The position numbers and the translations under genes are program-made. From Nannocystis bainbridge (GTDB taxonomy: Bacteria > Myxococcota_A > Polyangia > Nannocystales > Nannocystaceae): a stretch of DNA of 64,000 bases. Numbering within the stretch: the stretch's first letter is position 1; every line of letters starts with the position of its first letter. The notes under the pieces are model-generated. The model did no database searches. It was not told the origin of the DNA and worked only from the letters and a program-made list of their open reading frames with translations. The stretch lies in NCBI RefSeq assembly GCF_028368995.1, contig NZ_JAQNDL010000003.1, forward strand, positions 2,912,001 through 2,976,000. Direction: 5' to 3'. Below are positions 9,250-19,326 of the stretch, one piece after another.

Positions 9250-12102
9250 ATGTACTCCGTCAAAGAGCCCGATCCCGGCACCCCCGAGCGGAAGAGCAGC
9301 GAGCAGGTCACCCTCGAGATCGACGGCCGCGCCGTCACCGTGCCCGCCGGCACCTCGGTGATGCGGGCCGCCTCCGACGCTGGCGTGCGCGTGCCCAAGC
9401 TGTGCGCCACCGACTCGCTCGAGGCGTTCGGCTCGTGTCGCCTGTGCCTGGTCCAGATCGAGGGTCGTCGCGGCTACCCGGCCTCGTGCACCACGATCGT
9501 CGAGCCCGGCATGAAGGTGCGCACCCAGTCCGACCCGCTGGCCAAGCTGCGGCGCGGCGTCATGGAGATGTACATCTCCGATCACCCGCTCGATTGCCTC
9601 ACCTGTCCCACCAACGGCAATTGTGAATTGCAGGAGCAGGCCGGCGTCGTCGGTCTGCGCGAGGTCCGGTACGGCTTCGACGGCGCCAACCACTTCAAGC
9701 AGGCCGAGAAGGACACCTCCAACCCTTACTTCGACTTCGACCCTGCCAAGTGCATCGCCTGCTCGCGCTGCGTCCGCGCCTGCGAAGAGGTCCAGGGCAC
9801 CTTCGCGCTGACCCTCCACGGTCGCGGCTTCGAGTCGAAGATCGCCAGCGGCAACACCGACTTCCGCAGCAGCGAGTGCGTCTCCTGCGGCGCCTGCGTC
9901 CAGGCCTGCCCGACCGCCACCCTCGTCGAAAAATCGATCGTCGAGCGCGGCCAGCCCGATCACAGCGTCGTCACCACCTGCGCCTATTGTGGCGTCGGTT
10001 GCTCCTTCCGCGCCGAGGTCAAGGGCAGCGAGGTCGTGCGCATGGTCCCCGACAAGGACGGCCGCGCCAACCACGGCCACTCTTGCGTCAAGGGTCGATT
10101 CGCCTGGGGCTACGCCACCCACAAGGATCGAATCACCAAGCCCATGATCCGCGCCTCGATCCGCGACCCGTGGCGCGAGGTCTCCTGGGACGAGGCGATC
10201 GCCCACGCTGCCAGCGAGTTCAAGCGCATTCAGGCCAAATACGGCCGCGGCGCCGTCGGCGGCATCACCTCCTCGCGCTGCACCAACGAGGAGACCTACC
10301 TCGTACAAAAGCTCGTGCGCGCCGCCTTCGGCAACAACAACGTCGACACCTGCGCCCGCGTCTGCCACTCGCCCACCGGTTACGGCCTCAAGACCACCCT
10401 CGGCGAGTCGGCCGGCACCCAGGACTTCGACTCTGTCGAATACGCCGACGTCATCGTCGTCATCGGCGCCAACCCGACCGACGCTCACCCCGTGTTCGGC
10501 TCGCAGATGAAGCGACGTCTGCGCGCCGGCGCCCGGCTCATCGTCATCGACCCGCGCGGCATCGACCTCGTGCGCTCCGCCCACGTCGAGGCCGCGCATC
10601 ACCTGCAGCTGCGCCCTGGCACCAACGTCGCCGTCGTCAACGCCCTCGCCCACGTCATCGTCACCGAGGGCCTGCACGCCGAATCGTTCGTGAAAGACCG
10701 CTGCGAGCAGCCCGCCTTCGACAAGTGGAAGGCCTTCATCAGCGACCCGCGGCACGCCCCCGAGGTCACCGAGGAGGTCACCGGCGTGCCCGCGGCCGAG
10801 CTCCGCGCCGCTGCGCGGCTCTACGCCACTGGCGGCAACGCGGCCATCTATTACGGCCTCGGCGTCACCGAGCACAGCCAGGGCTCGACCATGGTCATGG
10901 GCATCGCCAACCTCGCCATGCTCACCGGCAACATCGGCCGGCCCGGCGTCGGCGTCAACCCGCTGCGCGGCCAGAACAACGTGCAAGGCAGCTGCGACAT
11001 GGGCAGCTTCCCCCACGAGCTGCCCGGCTACCGCCACGTCAGCGACCCCGCGGTGCGTGCATTGTTCGCCACCGCCTGGGGCGTCGCCATCGACGCCGAG
11101 CCTGGCCTGCGGATCCCCAACATGTTCGACGCCGCCATCGACGGCTCGTTCCGGGGCCTCTACGTCCAGGGCGAGGACATCGCCCAGTCCGACCCCAACA
11201 CCCAGCACGTCACCGCCGCCCTCGAAGCGCTCGAGTGCCTCGTCGTCCAGGACCTCTTCATCAACGAGACCGCCAAGTTCGCCCACGTGTTCTTGCCCGG
11301 CTCCTCGTTCCTCGAGAAGGACGGCACCTTCACCAACGCCGAGCGACGGATCTCCCGCGTCCGCAAGGTCACCCCCCCGCTGGCCGGCAAGGCCGACTGG
11401 GAGACCACCCTCGCGCTCGCCGAGGCGCTCGGCTACCCCATGCATTACGACCACCCGTCGCAGATCATGGACGAGATCGCCCGGCTCACGCCCACCTTCA
11501 CCGGCGTCAGCTACGCCCGGCTCGACCAGCTCGGCAGCATTCAGTGGCCGTGCAACGAAACGGCCCCGACCGGCACCCCCGTCATGCACATCGACGGCTT
11601 CGTGCGCGGCAAGGGCAAGTTCGTCATCACCGAGTACGTCGCCACCCAGGAGCGCGTCACCCGGAGGTTCCCGCTGATCCTCACCACCGGGCGGATCCTC
11701 AGCCAATACAACGTCGGTGCCCAGACCCGGCGCACTGCCAACAATACCTGGCACCACGAGGACCGCCTCGAGATCCACCCCCACGACGCCGAGCATCGCG
11801 GCGTCAAGGATGGCGATTGGTGCAAGATCGTCAGCCGCGCCGGTGAGACCGTCCTGCGCGCCAGCATCAGCGAGCGCATGCAGCCCGGCGTCGTCTACAC
11901 CACCTTCCACTTCCCCGGCTCCGGCGCCAACGTCATCACCACCGAGAACTCCGACTGGGCCACCAACTGCCCCGAGTACAAGGTCACAGCCGTCCAGGTC
12001 AGCCCGACCGGCGAGCCCACCTCGACCTGGCAGCGCCGCTTCGGCGAGTTCAGCGAGCAGCAGGACGCCCTCCTGCCGCAGACCGACCCCCCACCGCGCT
12101 GA
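9250..12102 (+). CDS. fdsA: NAD-dependent formate dehydrogenase alpha subunit (Mo-bis-MGD)
   Basis: N-terminal Fe-S motifs, CAYCGVGC, active-site CARVCH, RGQNNVQG, CPEYK. Confidence 0.96.
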   Translation: MYSVKEPDPGTPERKSSEQVTLEIDGRAVTVPAGTSVMRAASDAGVRVPKLCATDSLEAFGSCRLCLVQIEGRRGYPASCTTIVEPGMKVRTQSDPLAKLRRGVMEMYISDHPLDCLTCPTNGNCELQEQAGVVGLREVRYGFDGANHFKQAEKDTSNPYFDFDPAKCIACSRCVRACEEVQGTFALTLHGRGFESKIASGNTDFRSSECVSCGACVQACPTATLVEKSIVERGQPDHSVVTTCAYCGVGCSFRAEVKGSEVVRMVPDKDGRANHGHSCVKGRFAWGYATHKDRITKPMIRASIRDPWREVSWDEAIAHAASEFKRIQAKYGRGAVGGITSSRCTNEETYLVQKLVRAAFGNNNVDTCARVCHSPTGYGLKTTLGESAGTQDFDSVEYADVIVVIGANPTDAHPVFGSQMKRRLRAGARLIVIDPRGIDLVRSAHVEAAHHLQLRPGTNVAVVNALAHVIVTEGLHAESFVKDRCEQPAFDKWKAFISDPRHAPEVTEEVTGVPAAELRAAARLYATGGNAAIYYGLGVTEHSQGSTMVMGIANLAMLTGNIGRPGVGVNPLRGQNNVQGSCDMGSFPHELPGYRHVSDPAVRALFATAWGVAIDAEPGLRIPNMFDAAIDGSFRGLYVQGEDIAQSDPNTQHVTAALEALECLVVQDLFINETAKFAHVFLPGSSFLEKDGTFTNAERRISRVRKVTPPLAGKADWETTLALAEALGYPMHYDHPSQIMDEIARLTPTFTGVSYARLDQLGSIQWPCNETAPTGTPVMHIDGFVRGKGKFVITEYVATQERVTRRFPLILTTGRILSQYNVGAQTRRTANNTWHHEDRLEIHPHDAEHRGVKDGDWCKIVSRAGETVLRASISERMQPGVVYTTFHFPGSGANVITTENSDWATNCPEYKVTAVQVSPTGEPTSTWQRRFGEFSEQQDALLPQTDPPPR

Positions 12103-12113
12103 CGGAGGCGATC

Positions 12114-12344
12114 ATGGAAGCCCACAAGCTGGTCAAGATGGCCAACGAGATCGCCACGTTCTTCGAGTCCGACCCGGACCCCGCCGCCGTCCACGAAGGC
12201 ATCGCCGGCCACATCCGCCGCTTCTGGGACCCCCGCATGCGCCGCGCCCTGCTCTCGCACATCGACGAGCAGCAGGGCGACGGCTGCAAACCCTCGGTGC
12301 TCGCCGCGATCGCAGCCAACCGCGACAACCTCACGCCGGCGTAG
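12114..12344 (+). CDS. fdsD: Formate dehydrogenase delta subunit
   Basis: LVKMANEIATFF...IAGHIRRFWDPRMR. Confidence 0.92.
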   Translation: MEAHKLVKMANEIATFFESDPDPAAVHEGIAGHIRRFWDPRMRRALLSHIDEQQGDGCKPSVLAAIAANRDNLTPA

Positions 12345-12404
12345 CGCTGTCTGTCGATACGTTGAAAATGTGAGCGGGGGCTGAGGCAGCCTCCCGTATC
12401 TGCG

Positions 12405-12962
12405 TCAGCCTGCGCGCGGCGGCTCTTCGTGCTCTCCCGAGCGAATCTCGCCGCGCCCCGCGTTCGCCTCCGCGAGGCTCCGAACCCGTGACCTTCCGTG
12501 TCGAAGCGTGAGGGCGACAAGCGCGAGCCCGCAGACAGCCGTCGCTCCCAGAGCGACTGGGCTGGCCTGCAGGAGCACCAATAGGGTCAGCGCTGCGGAG
12601 ACGACCGCCGCCGTCAGCGCCAGGGCCGGGCCAGCATGGACCCGCCGAGCGACGATCGGCCGCACATCAGCCATCGCCTCAGGAGCGCGCAGCCGCACCT
12701 GCGCGCGCACGTAACGCTCCACCAGCCCCATCGTCAAATAGGGTACGACCAGGCTCATCGTGATCGGGATCCACGCGCCGAGTCGGAGCCACAGTTGAAG
12801 CCCATTGATCAGCAGAAAGAGCGGGACGCTCATCAGCACGAAGGGCATCAGCAGCCGCTGCGTCTCCCAATCGTTCCAGAACCACATCGTCGGCAGGAAC
12901 CCCAGTCTCTGGGGCCTCGCAAGCAGAGAGCGCCTGGCCGGTACCTCGAGTTCACGCGCCAT
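12405..12962 (-). CDS. Hypothetical membrane protein
   Basis: About four hydrophobic segments; more A/T than neighbours; start uncertain. Confidence 0.55.
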   Translation of the reverse strand: MARELEVPARRSLLARPQRLGFLPTMWFWNDWETQRLLMPFVLMSVPLFLLINGLQLWLRLGAWIPITMSLVVPYLTMGLVERYVRAQVRLRAPEAMADVRPIVARRVHAGPALALTAAVVSAALTLLVLLQASPVALGATAVCGLALVALTLRHGRSRVRSLAEANAGRGEIRSGEHEEPPRAG

Positions 12963-13012
12963 GCCGAGCTCTCCGCTCCGGGCAGTCACTGTACCGCAAG
13001 TCATGCCCCGCG

Positions 13013-14095
13013 CTACTTGTGCTCCCCGAGCGCCAGCAGCTCGCGCGCTCGCGGCCGCAGCCCCTGCCACACCGCCCACATCCCCGCCGGGAACAGCCCC
13101 TCCGCCCCCGCAAACACCTCCTGCGACCACTCCACCCAGAAATAACAGCACTCCCCATCCGGCAGCCGCCCCGCCCGACACACCGCCGCCAGCTCCGCGC
13201 AGCGGGCCGCGATATGCTGGCAGGCCAGCTCGGCAGTATCGTCCTCGCCTTCAAACTCGCCAGGCGCCCGCGCAGCGACCGCGTCGAGCTGCGCCAGCAA
13301 CACCTGCCGCTCCTTCGCCGAGCTCGCCCAGTACGCATAAAACGGCAGCCAGCACGGCGTGTTCCACCGCTCCTCGTCGAACACGGCTTCATACGTCGCC
13401 GCGAGCGGCGGCCGCGGCTCCCAGAAGCGATACGCCAGCGCCCCGACCAGCAGCTCCGCGATCGGCCCCGCGACCTCTGGCAAACCCGCCGCGATCCGCC
13501 GCTGCAGCCCCGCCGGCTCGTCCGTGATCGGCTGTCCCAGAGGACATGACCCCATGACCATGCTCCGCACCGCCAGCGCCGCCGGCAGCGGCGCCATCGG
13601 TCGCAGCGCCGGCAGTTCGATCCGCTCGACCAGCCCGCGCGCCCGGCTGTCGCAGAGCAGCACCTCGTTCAGCACCGTCCACCCGTGCCCGATCGCCCGC
13701 AGTTGCGGCGCCCCCTCCGGCCCGAGCCTGCAGGCGATCGTGCGGTGCTTCTCGCGATATACCAGCACCACCGCCCCGTCCCACCAGCGCAGGTGGCCGA
13801 CGTCGCAGCCGAAGTACGGGTTGTACGTATCGACCTTCCACTCGCGGAGTTGCCTCTCACCGCTCCGCATGTGCAAGAAGTAATCGACGTCGACCCAACC
13901 TCCGTCGTCCTCCTCGACCTTCTCGACCCACGCCACCCGCTCGCCCGCGACCGCCCCGCCGACGATCGCGTGCGTGTAGCCGTCCTCCGCCGCCCATTCA
14001 CGCGACCGCCCGAGCCGCGCGCAGACTGCCGCGATCTCCGCCTCCTGCTCTTCGCTCACCTCGTCCCACTCGGGAAACAGCGCGCGGACGTCCAT
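13013..14095 (-). CDS. Hypothetical protein
   Basis: 360-aa ORF with globular, Trp/Tyr-rich composition; no motif recognised. Confidence 0.75.
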   Translation of the reverse strand: MDVRALFPEWDEVSEEQEAEIAAVCARLGRSREWAAEDGYTHAIVGGAVAGERVAWVEKVEEDDGGWVDVDYFLHMRSGERQLREWKVDTYNPYFGCDVGHLRWWDGAVVLVYREKHRTIACRLGPEGAPQLRAIGHGWTVLNEVLLCDSRARGLVERIELPALRPMAPLPAALAVRSMVMGSCPLGQPITDEPAGLQRRIAAGLPEVAGPIAELLVGALAYRFWEPRPPLAATYEAVFDEERWNTPCWLPFYAYWASSAKERQVLLAQLDAVAARAPGEFEGEDDTAELACQHIAARCAELAAVCRAGRLPDGECCYFWVEWSQEVFAGAEGLFPAGMWAVWQGLRPRARELLALGEHK

Positions 14096-14340
14096 CGCGC
14101 GTCGATGTTACGCGAGCGACGCAGCCTGCGTCTCGCGTGCGCACGCCCCGGAGAGCCGCGCCGAGCCCCACGACGCCGCGCCCCGTCGACACCGCATCCA
14201 TGGCTGCGCGCCTCACTCGGCGGGGTTCCCCTCATCGTGGCCACCAGGGTGCGTCGGACCGCCGCGGCGCCTCCTGGAGACGGCCCGCCCGCTGAACTCT
14301 GTCTCGCCCCGGCCCCGCGAACTTCGCTACCCTTCCGCCC

Positions 14341-14931
14341 ATGCGCCCCGACCCCGACCTCGAGCGCCGGCTCGCGCTCGCCGAGCACATCCAGCAGCAG
14401 ATGTACCCCTCATGGGCTAGCGCGTGGCTCAAGGCGGTCCCTGCGAGCGCCGTGCTCGAGCCGATCCACCGCGAGGCCCTGCTCGAGGCCGGCGCCGATC
14501 TGCAGGCCCGCGTCGCCGCCCGGCACAAGATCGCCCAGACCTTCCTCGAGGATCACTTCAGCCTCTGCACCCCCGAGGACGCCCCGTACTGCACCTTCGT
14601 CGACGGCTCCTGGCGCGCCGTCGACCGCGACGAGGCGATCGCCTGCGCCGATGCCCTGCTCGCCACCGCCCGCAAGCGACTCGCCGAGCTCCAGGCCGAG
14701 GAGGCCGCCGAGCGCGCCGAAGCCGAGGCGGGCGGCTGGCTCGACGACGTCGGCCCGTCCCGCCTGGCCGACCTGATGATCGACCTCGAAGCCCTCCGCC
14801 GGTGGTTCACCGCCGAGCTGTGGGCCGCCGCCGAGCCGACCTGGTTCACCAACACCGGCCCCGGTTTCCGCGGCGAACCAGCCGTCATCGCCCTCGACGA
14901 CGACATCGTCACGATCCTCTGGCTGCCCTGA
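14341..14931 (+). CDS. Hypothetical protein
   Basis: 196-aa ORF with typical GC3 bias. Confidence 0.75.
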   Translation: MRPDPDLERRLALAEHIQQQMYPSWASAWLKAVPASAVLEPIHREALLEAGADLQARVAARHKIAQTFLEDHFSLCTPEDAPYCTFVDGSWRAVDRDEAIACADALLATARKRLAELQAEEAAERAEAEAGGWLDDVGPSRLADLMIDLEALRRWFTAELWAAAEPTWFTNTGPGFRGEPAVIALDDDIVTILWLP

Positions 14932-14935
14932 ATCG

Positions 14936-15160
14936 CCCTGTCCTTGCGAGCATGTCCTCTCAGACATCTCGCGAGTGACAGCGACACTGCCTCGTCCTGT
15001 CCCTGTGAGCATGTCCTCTCGGACATCGCGCGAGTGACAGCGACACTGCATCGTCCTGTCCCTGACAGCATGTCCCCTCGGACATCTCGACGACATCGCC
15101 GAGATCCTCTGGCTGCTCCGAAGCTACCTGTCCCTGCGAGCATGTCCTCTCGGACACCTC
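14936..15160. repeat. 59-bp tandem repeat built from tiled 14-bp palindromes (4 copies, last two partial)
   Basis: Units start at 14937, 14996, 15055 and 15127; perfect TGTCC-N4-GGACA at 15012, 15071, 15143. Confidence 0.9.
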
Positions 15161-15179
15161 GCCGACCTTCCCCCCGTAC

Positions 15180-16082
15180 TCACCCCGCCGGCAGCGGCCC
15201 CACGTACGCGACCACGTCGGCGCGCCCGCGATCTTCCGCGCGCAACGCCGCCGCGTCCTCCGCCACCACCGACAGCCGCCACACCTTCGCCGAGGGTTGC
15301 GCCGCGCGGACCCGCTGATACAGCCCGCCCTCGCCATCGACGTGGAAGCTCCCGACCACCTGCACCACCGGCCGTGAACCGCCTGCCAGCGCCCGCACGA
15401 TCGACCCTGCCATCGTCGCGTCCCACACGTTCTGCGCCCGGTAGAACCCCTCGAGCGTGGCCGGATCGACCCCCGCGTGCTGGCCCATCAGCGCCGTGAA
15501 CTGCTGGCGATACGTCCCTTCGGTCAGCTGCTCCGGCACCTCCACCAGCACCTGCTCCTCGGGCGGCAATGTGCGCAGTGGCTCGAGCCCCTCCAGCCGC
15601 GCCCGCTTCACCAGCGCCCGCGCCGCGTTGGCCGCGATCACCGGCCGACCCTTCGCCTTCGCGGCCGCGACCATCCGCCGATGCCCCGCCGGGAACTTGC
15701 GCTCGCCCTCGAGCTCCGCCGCCGCGCGGAACGCCGCCTCGTCGATCTCCCCGCGCAGGTACGCGTCGAGCTTCGCCTGGCGATCGCGCTCGACGCTCTC
15801 GAGGGCCAGCGCCGCGCTCGCCCCGGTCGCCAGCAGCGCCTCGAACAGCGCCGCCGCCAGCTCGAGCCCGAGCGGATGCGCGTGCTGCTCGCCGATGAGC
15901 ACCACGTCGCTCGCGCCCATCGCCTCCACGATCTCCGCCTCGGTCACCGGCCTGCCGTCGGCCCCCGAGAAGAGCCGCGCCTCCTGCAGCCCCGGCGCGC
16001 GCGTCTCCTGCTTGCGGCACGCCGACACACTGACCGCGCCGAGCGCAAACCGCATCCACTGCCGCCGGGACTGCCCTGTCAC
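15180..16082 (-). CDS. ChaN family lipoprotein
   Basis: SVSAC lipobox; DVVLIGEQH, LALE, PVIAAN, AQNVWDATMA, GSFH. Confidence 0.85.
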   Translation of the reverse strand: MTGQSRRQWMRFALGAVSVSACRKQETRAPGLQEARLFSGADGRPVTEAEIVEAMGASDVVLIGEQHAHPLGLELAAALFEALLATGASAALALESVERDRQAKLDAYLRGEIDEAAFRAAAELEGERKFPAGHRRMVAAAKAKGRPVIAANAARALVKRARLEGLEPLRTLPPEEQVLVEVPEQLTEGTYRQQFTALMGQHAGVDPATLEGFYRAQNVWDATMAGSIVRALAGGSRPVVQVVGSFHVDGEGGLYQRVRAAQPSAKVWRLSVVAEDAAALRAEDRGRADVVAYVGPLPAG

Positions 16083-16211
16083 GCCGCGAGGCTCGCACAG
16101 CCCTCCCGGCGCGACAACCAGGGAGATCCGCGCAGGGACCTCACCCGCGCCGACGCCGAAGCTCCCGCATCAGAGATCCGGCGTCAGCCATCGGCCCACC
16201 ATTCGCCTGCC

Positions 16212-18272
16212 TCAGTGGATCCGCCCCGCCGAGCCCAGCTTCCAGCGGACCCGCGCCAGCGTCAGCGGCACGATCGCCGCCTTCAGCTTCGCCTCCTTCC
16301 GCAGCACCCGGCCGGCCTCCTTCAGCGTCGCCCCCGAACCGACAAAATCATCGAGCAACAGCAGCTCTCCGCGCACCGTGTCGCTGCCGATCTTCATCGT
16401 GTTCTCCACGTTCTCGCGCCGCTGATCGTTGTTGCGCAGCTCGCTCTGCCGCGCCCGCGGCTCCTCGCGCCACACCAGCAGCTCCGGCAGCGCCGGCACC
16501 CCCAGCGTCTCCGCCGCGATCTGCAGCGCCTCCGCGCGCTGCCCCCAGTCGCGGCTCGGCACCGCCGCCACCGCCGCGAACGCGAACTGCTCGCCGAGCG
16601 CCCGCACCCGCGCGCGCAGCAGCTCCACCACCGCCGGCGCCAGCCCCTCCCCCGTCTCGCGCCCCTTGAAGAATCCGCGGAACAGCGGCCCGGCGATCTC
16701 GCCGTCGAGCAGCGCCAACCCCTCCGCCATCTCCGGCCGCGCGCTCGCGGCGATCGGCGACGGCCGCGACTCGAGCCAGCGCTGCGCCTCCGCGGCGGCC
16801 GCCTCGATGTCCACGCTCGACTGTTGCCCCCGGCACAGCGAGCAGCGCCCGCACGCCGTCGCCTCGCGGTCACCGAGCGCACGCCGCAGCGTCGCCATCA
16901 GGCAATCGGCCTCGCCGCGCCCGTACGCCAGCATCGCCCCCAGCTCGCGCGTCCGCACCGCGTGTTGCGTGCGGTAGCGGTCGAGCTCCGGCGTACCTGT
17001 CTTTTGAGTCAGACCATACACCTGCTTGCCGCCAGCGCTGAGCTTGCGGACGAAGCCCTGCTCGACCAGCTCCGCGATCACCACCGTCACCCGCGTCGGG
17101 TGCAGTCCCGTCCGCACCTTGATCGCCGTCAGCCCCAGCGGATCGTGCTCGACCGCCTCGACGATCGCCGTGAAGTCCTCCGGCTGCGGCTGCGCCGAAT
17201 CGATGAAGTGCTCCTGGATCCGCCGGTCCTCCGGGTCGTACAGCAAGATCCCCCGCGCCGGCCGGCCGTCGCGTCCGGCGCGGCCCACCTCTTGATAATA
17301 GGCCGTCACCGAGCCTGGCACGTCGACGTGGATCACGTAGCGCAGGTCCGACTTGTCGATCCCCATCCCCAACGCATTGGTCGCCGCGATCACCGGGCAA
17401 TCGCCGTGCAGGAACGTCGCCTGCAGCTCGCGCTTGCGCTCCGGCTCGAGCCCCGCGTGATACGCCTCGGCTCGCAGCCCGCGCGCCTGCAGGAAGCCCG
17501 CGACCAGCTCCGTGCGCTCTCGCGTCGCGCAGTACACGATCCCCGGCGACGGCAGCCGCGGCACGATCTGCGCCAGATAGGCCAGCTTCTCCGCCATCCC
17601 CGCCAGCCCCACCGTCGCCAGCGACAGGTTGGGCCGGTCCATGCTGTTGCGGTGCACCGTCAGCGGCGCGTCGCCCGGGCGCTGCAGCTGCGCGCGGATG
17701 TCCTCCTCCACCCGCTCGTCCGCCGTCGCCGTCAGCCCCAGCACCCGCAGCGACGGGTGACGCGCTTGCAGGGCTCGCAGCAGGTGCACGATCTGCCGGT
17801 ACGCCGGGCGGAAGTCGTGGCCCCACGTCGAGATGCAGTGCGCCTCGTCGACCACCAGCAGCCGGATCGGCAGCGCCGCCAGGGCCTCGAAGCGGTCGAC
17901 GTGGTCGAGGTGCTCCGGTGACACGAACAGCAGCCGCGCTCGCCCCTGGGCCGCCGCAGCCTTGGCCGCGTCGTTCTCTTCCTCGCTCTGGTCGCTGTTG
18001 ATGCTCGCCGCCGCCAGCCCGAAGCGGTCGTTGAGGTGCTGCAATTGGTCGCGCATCAGCGCCAGCAGCGGCGACACCACCAGGGTGATCCCGTCGAGCA
18101 GCGCCGCCGGCAATTGATACAACAGGCTCTTGCCGTACCCGGTCGGCTGGATGCACAAGAGCGCCCCGCTGCCGAGCAGCAATTCCTCGACGCTACGCCG
18201 CTGCCCCGGGCGGAACTCCGAGAACCCGAACCGTTCGGCGAGCACGCGGTCGAGGTCGGCCTGTTCGATCAT
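16212..18272 (-). CDS. RecQ family helicase with C-terminal phosphoribosyltransferase domain (RqlH-like)
   Basis: PTGYGKS, DEAHC, LTATA, QEVGRAGR, CGRCSLC; C-terminal LLLDDFVGSGATL PRPP motif. Confidence 0.92.
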   Translation of the reverse strand: MIEQADLDRVLAERFGFSEFRPGQRRSVEELLLGSGALLCIQPTGYGKSLLYQLPAALLDGITLVVSPLLALMRDQLQHLNDRFGLAAASINSDQSEEENDAAKAAAAQGRARLLFVSPEHLDHVDRFEALAALPIRLLVVDEAHCISTWGHDFRPAYRQIVHLLRALQARHPSLRVLGLTATADERVEEDIRAQLQRPGDAPLTVHRNSMDRPNLSLATVGLAGMAEKLAYLAQIVPRLPSPGIVYCATRERTELVAGFLQARGLRAEAYHAGLEPERKRELQATFLHGDCPVIAATNALGMGIDKSDLRYVIHVDVPGSVTAYYQEVGRAGRDGRPARGILLYDPEDRRIQEHFIDSAQPQPEDFTAIVEAVEHDPLGLTAIKVRTGLHPTRVTVVIAELVEQGFVRKLSAGGKQVYGLTQKTGTPELDRYRTQHAVRTRELGAMLAYGRGEADCLMATLRRALGDREATACGRCSLCRGQQSSVDIEAAAAEAQRWLESRPSPIAASARPEMAEGLALLDGEIAGPLFRGFFKGRETGEGLAPAVVELLRARVRALGEQFAFAAVAAVPSRDWGQRAEALQIAAETLGVPALPELLVWREEPRARQSELRNNDQRRENVENTMKIGSDTVRGELLLLDDFVGSGATLKEAGRVLRKEAKLKAAIVPLTLARVRWKLGSAGRIH

Positions 18273-18411
18273 CGCGCTTCTCTAGCATCAAACTCGCCCC
18301 GCGGCCGCAGCCTCGTGCATTTTCGCACCCATGGCCCCGCGCGCCGGGCAAATCCCCCGCTCGGCGCTGTCCCCCTCGCTCCTCCCCACGCGCCGCCCTA
18401 TCCTGCGAACG

Positions 18412-19284
18412 ATGCCCGCGCCCCGCCTGATCGTCGATCACGTGGTCGCCACCGACGCCGCGCTCGTCGACCTCCGGATCGAGATGCTCGAGCACGGCGC
18501 CTTCTCGGTCCGCGGCGTCACGGCCGTCGAGCTGGTGCAGGAGACCTTCCAGTGCTTCATGCGCTGCCTGGAAGGCGCTGTCCCACCGGACATGTCCGAT
18601 CGGGCATGCGCCGAGCTGAACGGCGACGGGCCGTTCGACCTGGCCCCCGACCTCCTGGCGGCGACCGGCGCTCCGCTGCCCGCTGGCGTCTACGACCTCG
18701 TGCACGCCATCGTCCCCCTTACCGCGATTCATCACACCGGCCTGTGCGTCAACTTCCCGGGTGATTACGGGGTCAGCTACCGCGAGCCGGACGCCTGGGG
18801 CGTCGAAGTCCGCGAGGCAGGCTCGGATCGCCGCCTCGGCTACGGCCGCGACAATCCCCAACCCACGCCCACGGTGATGTACCGCGGCACGATCGGCGAC
18901 CTGGCGATCTTGCTGCTACCGCTCACCACCGCCGCCGACGCCGCGCGCATCGACCACTACGCTCAGCGCCTCACTGCCGGCGCCCGCCCAACCGCGCTCG
19001 CCTTCGGCTGCTACGCCAACGAGCGCTGCGCCGTCGCCGTCGTGCTCGACGGCCACCACAAGCTCGCCGCCGCCGCCGCCACCAGCGCGCCCGTCGGCGT
19101 GCTGATGTTCCTCTCGCCGCGTCTGTTCCGCAGCTACGCCGACTGCCCGCGGTACCATCCCCGCCCCGAGATCAGCCTCGAGGCCGCCCGCCGCAACATC
19201 GTCGGGCCCACGCACGCTCGGCTCGCCTGGGCCGACGAGCTCGAGCTCCAGCGCTCGTTTCGCCCGCCGTGGTCGCGCGAGTAG
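18412..19284 (+). CDS. Hypothetical protein with VLDGHHK (ParB/Srx-like) motif
   Basis: ORF with typical codon bias; RPTALA...VVLDGHHKLAAA. Confidence 0.7.
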   Translation: MPAPRLIVDHVVATDAALVDLRIEMLEHGAFSVRGVTAVELVQETFQCFMRCLEGAVPPDMSDRACAELNGDGPFDLAPDLLAATGAPLPAGVYDLVHAIVPLTAIHHTGLCVNFPGDYGVSYREPDAWGVEVREAGSDRRLGYGRDNPQPTPTVMYRGTIGDLAILLLPLTTAADAARIDHYAQRLTAGARPTALAFGCYANERCAVAVVLDGHHKLAAAAATSAPVGVLMFLSPRLFRSYADCPRYHPRPEISLEAARRNIVGPTHARLAWADELELQRSFRPPWSRE

Positions 19285-19326
19285 TCCAGCGTCTTCGCAC
19301 ATGTCCTACCGGACATGTCCCTACAT

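Noticed and set aside
9250-12102. Selenocysteine-containing formate dehydrogenase
   Set aside because: The active site is CARVCH with a Cys codon and there is no in-frame TGA.
14936-15160. CRISPR array (also considered for 19983-20245, 52622-52850 and 61511-61698)
   Set aside because: Units are similar along their whole length with no unique spacers, and there are no cas genes in the window.
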